From positions 131,936,001 through 132,000,000 of the forward strand of contig NC_042998.1 of NCBI RefSeq assembly GCF_006345805.1: a stretch of DNA of 64,000 nt, read 5' to 3'. This document shows, piece by piece, positions 12,545 to 26,089 of the stretch. The stretch is from Octopus sinensis (taxonomy: Eukaryota). Numbering within the stretch: position 1 is the stretch's first letter; each line of letters begins with the position of its first letter. The notes under the pieces are model-generated. The model was not told where the DNA came from and did not search any database. It was given only the letters and a program-made list of their open reading frames with translations. The translations under genes were made by a program, and so were the position numbers.

Positions 12545-13125
12545 GGGGAGGGGGATAACGCTATAGATATAGTACCACTGCATTCAAACCTTGCACGAAA
12601 GCAGCCCCTAAACCTGTGCACACGTTCCCAGAAATCTCGTGTAGCTTTGCAACAGCTCGGAGCCGTTTGTTGCAAAGGGACATGACTATTGACTTAACCT
12701 TTGCTCAGCTCGCTTCTTTTTTCACAGCAATCACAAACCGATGTGTTTTTGCGCCTGCAAAATTTGAGAGCAGTCGCCATATTTTCTTCCGTAACTGCCA
12801 ACTCTGAAGAATGCAGAGTTACATAATCGAGCTGTTATCTAACATACCGTTGAACCCCCACCCCCAATGTGAAACCGATTGGCAAGATCGACCCTAATGG
12901 ATATATAGTACTGTACACTCAGATTACAATGCCCTCTCTATCGACAAGTATACAAGTGCATACTTTTTCTGACTTATGGATTCTTAAACGGCTTACATGT
13001 GTGTGTGTGTGTGTGTGTGTGTACGTATGTATGTATGTGCACATACACACACACACATACGCATGCGTACATTCATATTCCCCGCTGCATTGTTGATATA
13101 TAAATGGATATATAAATTTTATATA

Positions 13126-13315
13126 CGATGGATTCCTGAAAAGTTCCTGGCTTTAAGGGTATCATGAAAGACTGGTTGGAGGCACAGGCTTCCGAATTCT
13201 TTTATAGGGCTTAGAAAAAACCGAAGGACCGCTGCAATAAGTGTGTGAATTATAATTAACTGATCCTCCTATATTTTCTTTTACCCAAAGCCAAGAACTT
13301 TTCAACAGTCCCTCG
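13126..13315. mobile_element. Mariner-derived MITE
   Basis: TIRs cgatggattcctgaaaagttcctggcttt / aaagccaagaacttttcaacagtccctcg, flanked by TA on both sides. Confidence 0.85.
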
Positions 13316-13949
13316 TAAATTTTAACGGAGGAGACCAGTTTCTGTGTTAGTAGCCGGCTTTTTTTTTTCCTATTGCAAAACAATCAAAAGACAAACTTTA
13401 AAGAACATACATACACACAGGACTACATAGATGATGTTATCTAAATGTCAATGAAGGAATTTTGTTTCTGCTTTAGAAACCAAATCTTTCTCCTTTCGCT
13501 GAAAATGTTGTGAGTAAAGCTGAAAGAACAAACATACATCAATACTTATATTTATGCAATACATAATATAAATTTACTTTCATAAACACAACAATGTAAC
13601 TTTTACACGTATTGTTTAAAGGAACAGCTGGGTAATGAACAATTCAAGAGAGAATTGTTCTCTTGCTGTGCTAAGCTGAAAATAAGCTTCCGATGAGCTA
13701 TTGCTAAGAAACGGATGGAATAGGATCCATTAAGTATGAATCTGGAAGAGAGACAGCAAAAGATATTGGAGGTTAAAGAAAATGTGTTGTCTATTTAGGT
13801 AATGGATATATTCCACAATTTAATCTGTTATAATACTTTAGGTTTCTGTCTTTTTTTTTTCTTCTTGTTCCTTATAGCTAAGGCTTGAACTGCTAAGTTA
13901 CATGTGCGAGTGAATAATATAAGTTTATGTGTCGGTGATTACATTCATA

Positions 13950-13982
13950 TACATACATACATACATACATACATACATACAT

Positions 13983-14055
<73 letters not shown>

Positions 14056-14075
14056 TAGATAGATATCGATAGATT

Positions 14076-14131
<56 letters not shown>
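13950..14131. repeat. Compound tetranucleotide microsatellite (CATA)n-(CAGA)n-(TAGA)n
   Basis: Direct reading; each block differs from the next by one base. Confidence 0.95.
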
Positions 14132-14400
14132 TGAATTATTAAAGCAGGTGTTTTACATTTGAAAGACTGGTATCATCTTATTCTTCTTCGTTTCGTCTTG
14201 TTTCACATTAACCAAGAAAGCGTGAAATTAAAGTAACACATACATCTCGATCAGGTAGAGTAAGTAATCTAATAAGCTTTAGCATAGCTGTAAGACGTGG
14301 CCTAAAACATGACACAGAGATCTGTATATGTATGTATGTATGCATGCATGTATGTATGTATGTATGTATGTATGTATGTATGTATGTATGTATGTATGTA

Positions 14401-14695
14401 TGTTGCTGGCAAGGGGTCAGTGACGAAGGGCCAAAGTGCACACGTGGTGCACTGACAGGGTATGTGTAGGCCACCATCCATTTCTAAAACTTATAAACTT
14501 AAGGTATTTAGTGACACGCGATGTCAGTGATAGCAAGTCGGAGAATATTTATATGTAAGGTCTAGTTTAGCATATAATATACAAGTGGGACATGAGTACA
14601 TGTGGAAATGAATGAAAACTTGCCATTATAAACAGAGGTTTTAGGTCCCTATTGTAGGTTTATGCATTCATACATACACACACACATATATATAC

Positions 14696-14743
<48 letters not shown>

Positions 14744-14898
14744 TATTGAACCAAATCCAGAGGCTAGCCTTTTCCAATACGTTAAAATACTGTGATAGGT
14801 TATGGCATGTAGTTTAACCCGAAACAACACTTTCTACGTATTCAACAATCGGGCAACATTGGGTTCCTCAGTTAATTTTAGTATGTGTGTGTGTGAGC

Positions 14899-14985
<87 letters not shown>

Positions 14986-15289
14986 ATGTGTGTATTTTTT
15001 CGGTATATTTCGTCTGACGAAATGATCTGTAACTGATTTTATTGGTCAATAACTTTTTTCTGTATTTTGTTCATTTAAACTGCGTATATGTAGCATTACC
15101 CAAGAGACCGTGTCTATACTGATACTTCTTATGCTGCCTTATTTGAAGGATGCAAATCAGTTTGATTCGTCCTTTTTGTAGAATTCCAGCATGAATAATA
15201 TGTACTCGTATATAGACATCTGTATACTTACATATTTATTTTCATCTTTCTATGTATTCAGATATGACTGAATGTACGAGTATAGATCA

Positions 15290-15373
<84 letters not shown>

Positions 15374-15403
15374 AAATGTGTGTGAATACATATATGTACA
15401 TAT

Positions 15404-15442
<39 letters not shown>

Positions 15443-15538
15443 AAATGTATTTATGTATATATATTTCTGTGGCATACATATATTTATATGTGTGTGTGTA
15501 TACATATGTATTCGTATGTGTATTTATATATATTAATG

Positions 15539-15594
<56 letters not shown>

Positions 15595-16118
15595 TACATA
15601 TATATGTATTAGAATGTGTGTATATATATGTATATATGTGCGTGTGTGTATACATATACACATATACATGCACTTGTGTGTATGCGTGCGTGTGTTTGTG
15701 TTTATGCATGCATGCATGTATGTATGTATACATATGTATGTACATATTATGTATGTATGTATGTATGTATGTAGTATGTATGTATGTATGTATGTATGTA
15801 TGTATGTTGCTGGCAAGGGGTCAGTGACGAAGGGCCAAAGTGCACACGTGGTGCACTGACAGGGTATGTGTAGGCCACCATCCATTTCTAAAACTTATAA
15901 ACTTAAGGTATTTAGTGACACGCGATGTCAGTGATAGCAAGTCGGAGAATATTTATATGTAAGGTCTAGTTTAGCATATAATATACAAGTGGGACATGAG
16001 TACATGTGGAAATGAATGAAAACTTGCCATTATAAACAGAGGTTTTAGGTCCCTATTGTAGGTTTATGCATTCATACATACACACACACATATATATACG
16101 TATATATATATATATTAT

Positions 16119-16149
<31 letters not shown>

Positions 16150-16304
16150 TGAACCAAATCCAGAGGCTAGCCTTTTCCAATACGTTAAAATACTGTGATA
16201 GGTTATGGCATGTAGTTTAACCCGAAACAACACTTTCTACGTATTCAACAATCGGGCAACATTGGGTTCCTCAGTTAATTTTAGTATGTGTGTGTGTGAG
16301 CGAT

Positions 16305-16397
<93 letters not shown>

Positions 16398-16719
16398 ATG
16401 TGTGTATTTTTTCGGTATATTTCGTCTGACGAAATGATCTGTAACTGATTTTATTGGTCAATAACTTTTTTCTGTATTTTGTTCATTTAAACTGCGTATA
16501 TGTAGCATTACCCAAGAGACCGTGTCTATACTGATACTTCTTATGCTGCCTTATTTGAAGGATGCAAATCAGTTTGATTCGTCCTTTTTGTAGAATTCCA
16601 GCATGAATAATATGTACTCGTATATAGACATCTGTATACTTACATATTTATTTTCATCTTTCTATGTATTCAGATATGACTGAATGTACGAGTATAGATC
16701 AAAAGATAGATAGATAGAT

Positions 16720-16783
<64 letters not shown>

Positions 16784-16804
16784 AAATGTGTGTGAATACA
16801 TATA

Positions 16805-16851
<47 letters not shown>

Positions 16852-16953
16852 AAATGTATTTATGTATATATATTTCTGTGGGCATACATATATTTATATG
16901 TGTGTGTGTATACATATGTATTCGTATGTGTATTTATATATATTAATGTATGT

Positions 16954-17004
<51 letters not shown>

Positions 17005-17197
17005 AGTACATATATATGTATTAGAATGGTGTATATATATGTATATATGTGCGTGTGTGTATACATATACACATATACATGCACTTGTGTGTATGCGTGC
17101 GTGTGTTTGTGTTTATGCATGCATGCATGTATGTATGTATACATATGTATGTACATATTATGTATGTATGTATGTATGTATGTATGTATGTATGTAT
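14401..17197. repeat. Tandem duplication of a ~1.4-kb unit (14401-15804, 15805-17197)
   Basis: tgttgctggcaaggggtcagtgacg recurs at an offset of 1404; unique parts appear identical and differences lie mainly in microsatellites; breakpoints are in (TATG)n. Confidence 0.95.
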
Positions 17198-17745
17198 GAT
17201 GGAAAAAGAAACAGTGAACTAATGATGGAGTGCGAGATACACTTAAACAAGGTTAGAAAAAAGAGAAATGGGTACGAATGAAAAGAAACAAGCAAACGAA
17301 AAAGAAGAGAGAGAGGAAGGGCGAGAGAGAGAGTGAGAGAGAGGAAGGGCGAGAGAGAGAGTGAGAGAGAGTGAAACTATTTTTACGAGTTTTACATAAC
17401 AGATAAAAAATGGCAAAAGAATCTGAATGATTTTTGAATACTTCCATCTGTGTTGGTGGCCGTTTGTCATTTGATCCTGTTATCTCATCTGTTGAAGGCG
17501 GAATTAATATCACGGATGTGTTTCGTTGGTGGCGGGAGATGAGTTGCGGTGTAATGACGAGAGTGCTTAAGGTGGGCTTGGTGGTATTGGTGCTAGTGGT
17601 GGTGTTGGTGGCGGTAATATGTACTATAGAATTAGATGTCATGATGGCAATATAATATGCAGGGTTGATTTGTGGGCAAGTAAGAGAAACGTTGGAAGAG
17701 GATAGATAGATAGATACATACATACATAGATAGATAGATAGATAC

Positions 17746-17823
<78 letters not shown>

Positions 17824-17874
17824 TGGTTGACTGGGGAGAAGCTAGGATGACCGAACGGTTGACAGAGAAACTGG

Positions 17875-17907
<33 letters not shown>

Positions 17908-18193
17908 AGGGAGAGAGAGAGACTGGGGGAGAGAAAGATCTAAAGAGAGATGAACTGACTGATTAGTGGGAAGACAGATGGATTGTTTGATTGATAGACA
18001 ACTTATATATATATATATAGTGTACACATACATATAAATATATGAATATATATACATTTATACATATATGTATATATTATATATATTTATATACATATAC
18101 ATGTGTGTGTGTATATATATATATACACATATATACATACGTGCATACATACATACGTGCATACATGCATACATACATACATACATACATACA

Positions 18194-18227
<34 letters not shown>

Positions 18228-18417
18228 GAGAGAGAGTGAGGGTAAGGGGAAGAGAGAGAAAGAATGCGGGAGAGAGTGAAACGAAGAAAGTAAACAAGGA
18301 GGAGACAGAGAGAGAGAGAGGGAGAGAGTCAAAGGTTATTGTGATGTATAATTAATCTCAGTCAGAATTACCTGCTTCATTGAACTTTGTTTGACTAAGG
18401 TGTTTGTATTAATTTAC

Positions 18418-18900
18418 TAGTGGTAGTAGAAGTAGTAATAGTAGTAACAGTGGCGACAGCGAGGGAGGCGGACGGCGGCGGCGGCGGCGGTGGCGGCAGC
18501 GGCGGTGGCGGTGGTGGTGGTGGTGGTGGTGGTGGTGGTGGTGGTTTGGTGGGGGCCGCGACAGTTGTGACAACGATAGTAACTCTGGTTGTGGCGGTGG
18601 GATGGTGGTGGTGATAGTGGTGGTTGTGGTGGTGGGCATACGGACTGTAGGATCGGTGGCGGCCGTAGCGCTTGTGTTTTATTATACTGCTGATAGTGGT
18701 GGTGATGATGGAAATGGTAGTTGTATAGTTACATTGTTGCTAATTATATTGTCGTTGGTCGGTGGTGGTTGTTGTACTGGCGGTGGTAGTCCTTGTACGT
18801 GGGTAATCATTGTAGTTTTTCTGGTTGTAAAAGTGGTGTTGGTACTAGTAATAGTAGTACTAGTAACGGTGGTGATGGTGGTGGTGGTGGTGGTGGTAGG
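18418..18900. repeat. (GGT/GGC/GTA)n low-complexity triplet region
   Basis: Direct reading; source of the poly-G/V/T/H ORFs. Confidence 0.9.
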
Positions 18901-18933
18901 GATGCTAATGATGGCAATGGTACAAAGATACCG

Positions 18934-19352
18934 AAGGTAGCGAGCTGGCAGAAACGTTAGCACGCTGGGCGAAATGCTTAGCGGTATTTCGTATGCCGTT
19001 ACGTTCTGAGTTCAAATTCCGCCGAGGTCGACTTTGCCTTTCATCCTTTCGAGGTCGATAAATTAAGTACCAGTTACGCAGTGGGGTCGATGTAATCGAC
19101 TCAATCCGTTTGTTTGTCCTTGTTTGTCCTCTCTGTGTTTAGCCCCTTGTGGGTAGTAAAGAAATAGGTATTTCATCTGCCTTTATGTTCTGAGTTCAAA
19201 TTCCGCCGAGGTCAACTTTGCCTTTCATCGTTTCGGGGTCGATAAATTAAGTACCAGTTACGCACTGGGGTCGATATAATCGACTTAACCCGTTTGTCTG
19301 TCCTTGTTTGTCCTCTCTGTGTTTAGCCCCTTGTGAGTAGTAAAAAAAAATA
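18934..19352 (+). mobile_element. Dimeric SINE family A, young copy
   Basis: Head with A-box/B-box-like motifs, then a second headless unit; perfect 15-bp TSD ggtacaaagataccg (18919-18933 / 19353-19367). Confidence 0.95.
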
Positions 19353-19520
19353 GGTACAAAGATACCGTTCTTTGAAATATACCAAATCGACAATGATCGG
19401 AAGTGACTATGGTGGTAGAAGTAGATGTTGCTAATGTCTTCGTTCCTCGTTTAGAGGTCGAACATTCTTATTTTACACCTCCATATCTCCCTTTGACTCA
19501 CATTACCACACTATATTTTA

Positions 19521-19553
<33 letters not shown>

Positions 19554-19579
19554 CAGTAGTAGTGGTGGTGGTGGTGGTG

Positions 19580-19626
<47 letters not shown>

Positions 19627-19726
19627 TTGTCATATATAAAGACCATATCAGATGTCGAGAGGGCAGAAAGTAGTGAGGATTGTGTATCTATATGCGTCTG
19701 CGTACGAGTGCGTGTGTGTGTGTGTG

Positions 19727-19764
<38 letters not shown>

Positions 19765-19858
19765 TGCTTGAGTATGTATGTGATAGTGTGAATGTGTTTG
19801 CGTATGTGTGTGACAGTGTTGCAAAGGAAGCCTCTCTCTCTCTCTCTCTCTCTCTCTC

Positions 19859-20510
19859 AACAGTGGTAAAAAAAATATTGAAAGAACCAACCAGAGATTT
19901 CATTACGTGCGCTCAGGACAGCAGATCCGTTTCAAGAAGAAGAAATTTCCTCTGAGCGATGAAAAGTGGAACGGCTATTGGGAAGTGGTTACAGATTTAC
20001 CAGGGAGCCAAGGATTCTTTCACATTCCAGTTACGAAGAAATCGGGTATCATAATATGGTATGAAAGAAAATGGTAAATCAAGTTAAGAGTCCTTCATGA
20101 AGATAACATGGACGCCGCTCAGGCTCGAAAGATTGACCGTTATGTAAACCTCCTCGACGAATGTGAAGGTGCGGGCTGGAAGGCGGAGCATTTTCCAATC
20201 AAAGGTGGATGTAGGGGATTCGTTGGACTCAGTGTGAGGCGACTGTTGTTATCGTTAGGCCTGTTGTCATCGTAAAGCAAATACCACCATGAGCGATATC
20301 CAAACTACAGAGGAAAAGGCTAGCCACTGGATTTGCTTAAAAAGCGACGATAAGCGATGGCTAGATGAATATTGGAGCTATATCTGATAACCAGTTGATC
20401 TAGCAAGCGGGACCCTATTCTCTCCTGATGATACCATCCACTCGCTGGTTTCTGATATGTGGTGCTTTCGAATGGTAGCACTTGCATGTGCAGGTTGTTT
20501 GCAAAACACC
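19859..20510 (+). mobile_element. 5'-truncated HERO-like non-LTR retrotransposon (restriction-like endonuclease domain plus 3' UTR)
   Basis: Translation ...VLHEDNMDAAQARKIDRYVNLLDECEGAGWKAEHFPIKGGCRGFVG...EKASHWICLK resembles the RLE C-terminus of HERO-clade elements; stop and frameshift present; (TC)n on both sides. Confidence 0.8.
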
Positions 20511-20749
20511 TCTCTCTCTCACTCTCACTCTCTCTTTCTCTTTCTCTCTCCCTCTCTCTCTCTCTTTCTCTCTCCCCCTCTCTCTCTCTCTTTCTCTTTC
20601 TTTCTCTTTTTCTCTCCCTCTCTCTCGCTTTCTCTTTCTTTCTCTTTCTCTCCCTCTCTCTCTCTCTCTCTCCCTCCCCTAACAAGATTGTATTGGGTAT
20701 CTTTACTGAAGTGATAGTCTTTCAGGTGTTGATAGTTTTGGTACTGTTG

Positions 20750-20824
20750 TTGGTGGTGGTGGTGATGGTGGTCGTGGTCGTGGTGGTCGTGGTTGTAGTA
20801 GTAGTAGTTGTGGTGGTAGTGCTG

Positions 20825-20874
<50 letters not shown>

Positions 20875-21588
20875 GGTGGTGGTGGTGGTGGTGGTTCTTG
20901 CGATGCATTGTCTATGACAAGGTGTTGGTGACAAATATGGTGGCCTCGCCCCTCTACCGACTGACAACATGAAACCTATTGTTCTTTTAGTAACCTTCGT
21001 CATTTTTTTTCTTTTTTATCTCATGTCTTTCCTTCCCCTGCTCAACTACATCATCATCGTTGTCGTCGTCGTCATCATCATCATCATCATCATCATCATC
21101 AGCATCATCATCATTATCCCCCTTATTAATATATTTCTTCGCGATTGCTGCTAGTGTCATGACTTATTACTCGTATTGTTGCTGTCTTTATTATCTCATT
21201 GGCATTTCCGTCATCTTCCAAACAGTCTCCGTTTTCCTGCCAGCTAATCATCATCATCATTATCACCAACAACATCAGCAGCAGCATCACTGTATTCATC
21301 TCCTTCATCATCATCATCATCATCATCATCATTATCATCATCATCGTCGTCGTCGTCATAGTCAACTTTTTTACGAATATTTTTGCGACTGAAAATCCTA
21401 ATTGGAAATATTATCGCCAAATATTATAGTTTTTGCAGCATCATTATCCCCCATCGTCATTGTAAGCATCTTCACTATCAGCGGTAGCAGTATCATCATT
21501 ATCACCACCAATCCTCAACACTATCAGCACTATCCACTTCCTCCTCATCATAATTATCAGGAGCAGCACCAGTAACAGAAGCAACACA

Positions 21589-21622
<34 letters not shown>

Positions 21623-21630
21623 GCAGTACC
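20750..21630. repeat. Triplet microsatellite cluster (GGT, GTA, CAT, CAG)
   Basis: Direct reading. Confidence 0.9.
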
Positions 21631-21854
21631 ATTTTCTTTATTTTTCCCAAGTGCAGTACCATCCTTCATGTTCGATATCTATCGTACATCGAAAATAAAT
21701 AAATAAATAAAAATAAGGGTTTTAGGATAAAAAAACAGAAAACCGATACGCTCGCGTTGCCCCACAAATTTCATTTTAATAATTTAAACAAGCGAATGTT
21801 TTATTTAACCATTTAAAGTGTGTTGTGGAGTATCCAGTAACCACAACTATTATT

Positions 21855-22252
21855 CTTTTCTACTCTAGGCAAAAGGCCCGAAATTTGGGGGGAAAGGACC
21901 AGTCGATTAGACCGACCCCAGTACGGAACTGGTACTTAATTTATCGACACCGAAAGGATGAAAGGTAAAGTCGACTTCTGCGGAATTTGAGCACATAATG
22001 TAAAAACAGACAAAATACCTATTTCTTTACTACCCACAAGGGACTAAACACAGAGAGTACAAACAGGGACAGACAGACGGATTAAGCCGATTGTATCGAC
22101 CCCAGTGCGTAACTGGTACTTAATTTATTGACCCCGAAAAGATGAAAAGCAAAGTCAATCTCGGCGGAATTTGAACTCAGAACGCAACGGCGGACGAAAT
22201 ACCGCTAAGCATTTCGCCCGGCGTCTTAACAATTCTGCCAGCTCGCCTCTTT
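21855..22252 (-). mobile_element. Dimeric SINE family A
   Basis: Two family A bodies on the minus strand; diverged TSD aaccacaactattatt / aagcacgaccattatt. Confidence 0.9.
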
Positions 22253-22280
22253 AAGCACGACCATTATTAACTGACAATAA

Positions 22281-22494
22281 AGCGGTGAGGTGGAAGAATC
22301 GTTAGCATGCCGGGTAAAATGCTTAGCAGCATTTCGTCCGTCTTTACGTCCTGAGTTCAAAATCCGCCAGGGTCGACTTTACCTTTCATCCATTCGGGGT
22401 CGATAAAATAAGTACCAATTGAACAGAGCGGTCGATGTAATTGACTAGCACCTTCCCCCAAAACATTTCAGACTTTGTATCTATAGAAGAAAGG

Positions 22495-22550
<56 letters not shown>

Positions 22551-22655
22551 GGTGGTGAGCAGGAAGAAATGTTAGCACCTCAGGCAAAATGCTTAGGGGT
22601 ATTTCGCCCGTCGCTACGTTCTGAGTTCAAATTCCACCGGGGTCGACTTTGCTTT
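22281..22655 (+). mobile_element. SINE family A copy with (ATT)n tail plus a second partial copy (22549-22655)
   Basis: gcggtgaggtggaagaatcgttagcatgccgggtaaaatgcttagc...; second head at 22549. Confidence 0.9.
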
Positions 22656-22673
22656 TCCTCCACATTGTTATGT

Positions 22674-22985
22674 GGAGGCGCAATGGCCAGGTGGTTAGGG
22701 CAGCGGACGCGCGGTCGGAGGATCGCGGTTTCGATTCCCAGACCCGGCGTTGTGTGTGTTTATTGAGCGAAAACACCTAAAAGCTCCACGAGGTTCCGGC
22801 AGGGGGTAGCGGCGACCCCTGTTGTACTCTTTTGCCACAACTTTCTCTCACTCTCTCTTCCTGTTTCTTGAGTAACGCTGCGATGGACTGGCGTCCCGTC
22901 CAGCTGGGGGGAACACATATGCTACAGAAACCGGGAAACCGGGCCCATGAGCCTGGCTAGGCTTGAAAAGGGCGAAAAAAAAAAG
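22674..22985 (+). mobile_element. tRNA-derived SINE family B
   Basis: tRNA-like head ggaggcgcaatggccaggtggttaggg...ggtttcgattccc; A-rich tail; TSD acattgttat (22662-22671 / 22994-23003); second copy at 41219. Confidence 0.9.
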
Positions 22986-24653
22986 AGACAGATACATTGT
23001 TATACATCCTATTTTCATATCTGAAGAAAGTGTATTTGGTTTGTTAAGTATTCTAAAAATATATATGCCAAATTAATTTTAAATATTCATTTTCTAGTCT
23101 TATTTTCTTACAAGTAATTCAAATAATACAAATGTTGCATTTTTATAGTAAAATATATCTTTGATTTTGTTCCACAGTTTCTGAACCATTGCCGTACGAA
23201 AAGTATAAATATTGTGTGTTTGTAACGGATTATGTCTTCCATTGTGTTCCATAGCAAAGCGTAGCAGAAAAATGTTACTTAATAGATGTTTCTAAAATAG
23301 GCACAAGGTGAGAAAATAGGGAACGGACAGTTAGTCGATTAAATTGACCCAATGCAAGATTGGTGCTTTATTTAATCGACCACTTAATGATGGAAAGTAA
23401 AGACGAACTCGGTAAGATTTGATCTCGAATGAAAAAAAAAACAAAACAGGAATTACGAGAGCGACATATAGAAGCTCACACGGTGCCGTGACTTTTTTTT
23501 TTTTTTTTTTTTTTGTCGCGTTGCTGAACTATAAAACTAGACTACATGAAACTGTCATAAGTTTGGAAATCAACCATCATGCTTATTCGGTTTCGCTACA
23601 AATCACACGTCTGGATTTGTAGAATTAATGACTCATTCCTTTTTCTCAGCACAAGCGTTTCCTCTCTCCAAAGTGCTTACAATCCATCCCTGATACTAAA
23701 AGAAAAAGCAATCTCCCCCTGTCCTAAGGTAGTTGCACTATTTGCTTAAGATAACAGCTAAATCTCCCTTAAATGATACTCCACTGTCAAATATAAAAAG
23801 GTGGTGGGGGGGACATTGGATAATATCGGACTAGATAACCTTACAAAAAGACAGAATTGCTACGGATGAAACGTTTGATCACGTCTGACCTTAGGCTAAA
23901 CAACAGCAACAAGATCCGTTAATTTCGGTTTTTTTTTAAACTTTTTTTTTTCTTTTGGTTTTTTTTTTTAATTATGAACCATCTCATACTCGAATGAAAT
24001 TTAGATCGTAATTTTTCTTTATAGTGCTAACATAAACAATATAGAAATTAGTTATGAAGCAGTAAGTTTACTCCTTCTCTCTCTCTCTAAAAAAAAAAAA
24101 AGGAAAAAAGTACAGCATACATAAAAGTAGACAAGAATACTGATAAACTTTTTTTTAAAAAAACCACAGAAGCGACAGTCACAACGGGAATAATTGAATA
24201 AAAAGATCGTCGACTGATTAGAGTAGAGAGAAAGATACATTGAACCCAGCATGACAAATTGTTTGCACTTGTATGGATGTGCATATACATATGTAGAGTA
24301 TAATGAGTGAGATAGGAGAAGAGGCCTCCAAAAGAGCAGACTTGCTTTCTCTTTCCTTTTCATCCTCAGGTAATAAGCGTTTATGCGTTTATGTGTCTGT
24401 GTACGCGCGTGCGCAGAAACGCACACGCATACAAGTTAGTACGCCATTCTGTTGCTACTCATAATTTCCAGTTTTTCCATTCGTTCTCTCGAAATATAAT
24501 TTGGATTAAATTTTTAGTATATGAAGAAGGTTATATTATTCTTTACTTAAACTGAGTTATTTCTCTTGTGACTAGAATTTAACGCCACTCCGCTGTTTCA
24601 GGGAAAAGTTTTTTTTGTTTTTTTTCTCGGTATTCCTAACTGGTTTTGTGCAT

Positions 24654-25240
24654 AGGCCCAGGCGTAGCCGTGGAGTTAAGAAGTTCGTTTTTCAACCACG
24701 TGGTTTTAGGTTTAGCTCCACAGCGCGGCGCATTGAGTAAGTGTCTCTCACTATAATTCCGGCCCGACCAATGCCTTGACAGTGAATTTCATAGGTGGAA
24801 ACTCTATGGAAGCTTGTCATACATACATACATACATACATACATACATACATACACATGTATGTATGTATGTATGGATGGATGGATGGATGGATGGATGG
24901 ATAGATGGATAGATGGATGGATGCATGTATGTATGTATACATACAGATATACACACACACATGTATGTATGTATGTATGTATGCATGCATGTATGTATGT
25001 ATGTAGGTAGGTAGGCAGGTAGGTAGGTAGGTAGGTAGGTAGGTCTTTGTGTTTGTATTTGTCCCTTCCCACACCACTGTTGGTATGTTTGCGTCCCTTT
25101 AACTTTACGGTTCAATAACAGAGGCTGGATGAATAAGTAGCAGATTCAAAATAAGTCATGGGATCGATTTGTTCGGCTAAACTCTACAAACCAGTACCCA
25201 ACAAAGGCCATCATCCAATGAATGAAACAAGTAAGATATT
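24654..25240 (+). mobile_element. SINE family C with expanded internal microsatellite
   Basis: Head aggcccaggcgtagccgtggagttaagaag...; 3' half tttgtccc...cggttc...gaataagta...tgaaacaagtaa. Confidence 0.8.
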
Positions 25241-25634
25241 CTTTTCTAATCTAGGCACAAGGCCCGTAAATTTTGGGGAGGAGGCCAGTCGATTCGATCG
25301 ACCCCAGTACGCAACTTGTACTTATCGACCCTGTAAGGATGAAAGGTAAAGTCGACCTCGGCGCAATTTGAACTCAGAACGTAAGGACAGACGAAATACC
25401 CATTTCTTGACTACCCACACGGGGCTAAACACAGAGGGGACAAACAAGGACCGACAAACGGATTAAGTCGATTACATCGACTCCAGTGCGAAACTGGTAC
25501 TTATTTAATCGATCCCGAAAGGATGAAAAGCAAAGTCGGCCTCGGCGGAATTTGAACTCAGAACGTAGCGGCAGACGAAATACCACTAAGCATTTCGCCC
25601 GACGTGCTAACGTTTCTGCCAGCTCTCCGCCTTA
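25241..25634 (-). mobile_element. Dimeric SINE family A inserted in the tail of SINE C
   Basis: Perfect 16-bp TSD aaacaagtaagatatt (25225-25240 / 25635-25650). Confidence 0.95.
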
Positions 25635-26089
25635 AAACAAGTAAGATATTAAAATAAACTCGGTCTTCTGCATGTAGCAATAGTTTTTTAACGATTAGTT
25701 TCTACATAATACTTTGTTGTGATATTATCTCATTATTATGTTGCCATACCATTGCTATTTAATGGACTGTTTGTTGGTTATTTGGACTGTTTGTTTATTT
25801 CTTTATTACATCCGGTTTCAGTAGGTCGTCGTTATTTCCCAACTAATCACAAAACTAGTGCGCTCTATATTAACAAGTGTGCCTGAAATGTGTGCAACAC
25901 TTCCCACACGAGCTGCCGTTTGAGAGTACAGTCCCCATTTATATGCGTTGCTGCGCAGAGAATAGCGCTCATTTACGTACGATGTTGCCCGAAATATTGA
26001 CCATGTTGTTTGTAAACTCTCATTCTCTCACCTACATGCGGTCACAAGCAGAACATGCCTTTGTATTCACGGAATGACCGAATATGGCC

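Noticed and set aside
22674-22750. tRNA-like sequence (also 41219-41295 and other SINE heads)
   Set aside because: It continues into a SINE body with tail and TSD, has an imperfect cloverleaf and no terminator; not a tRNA gene.
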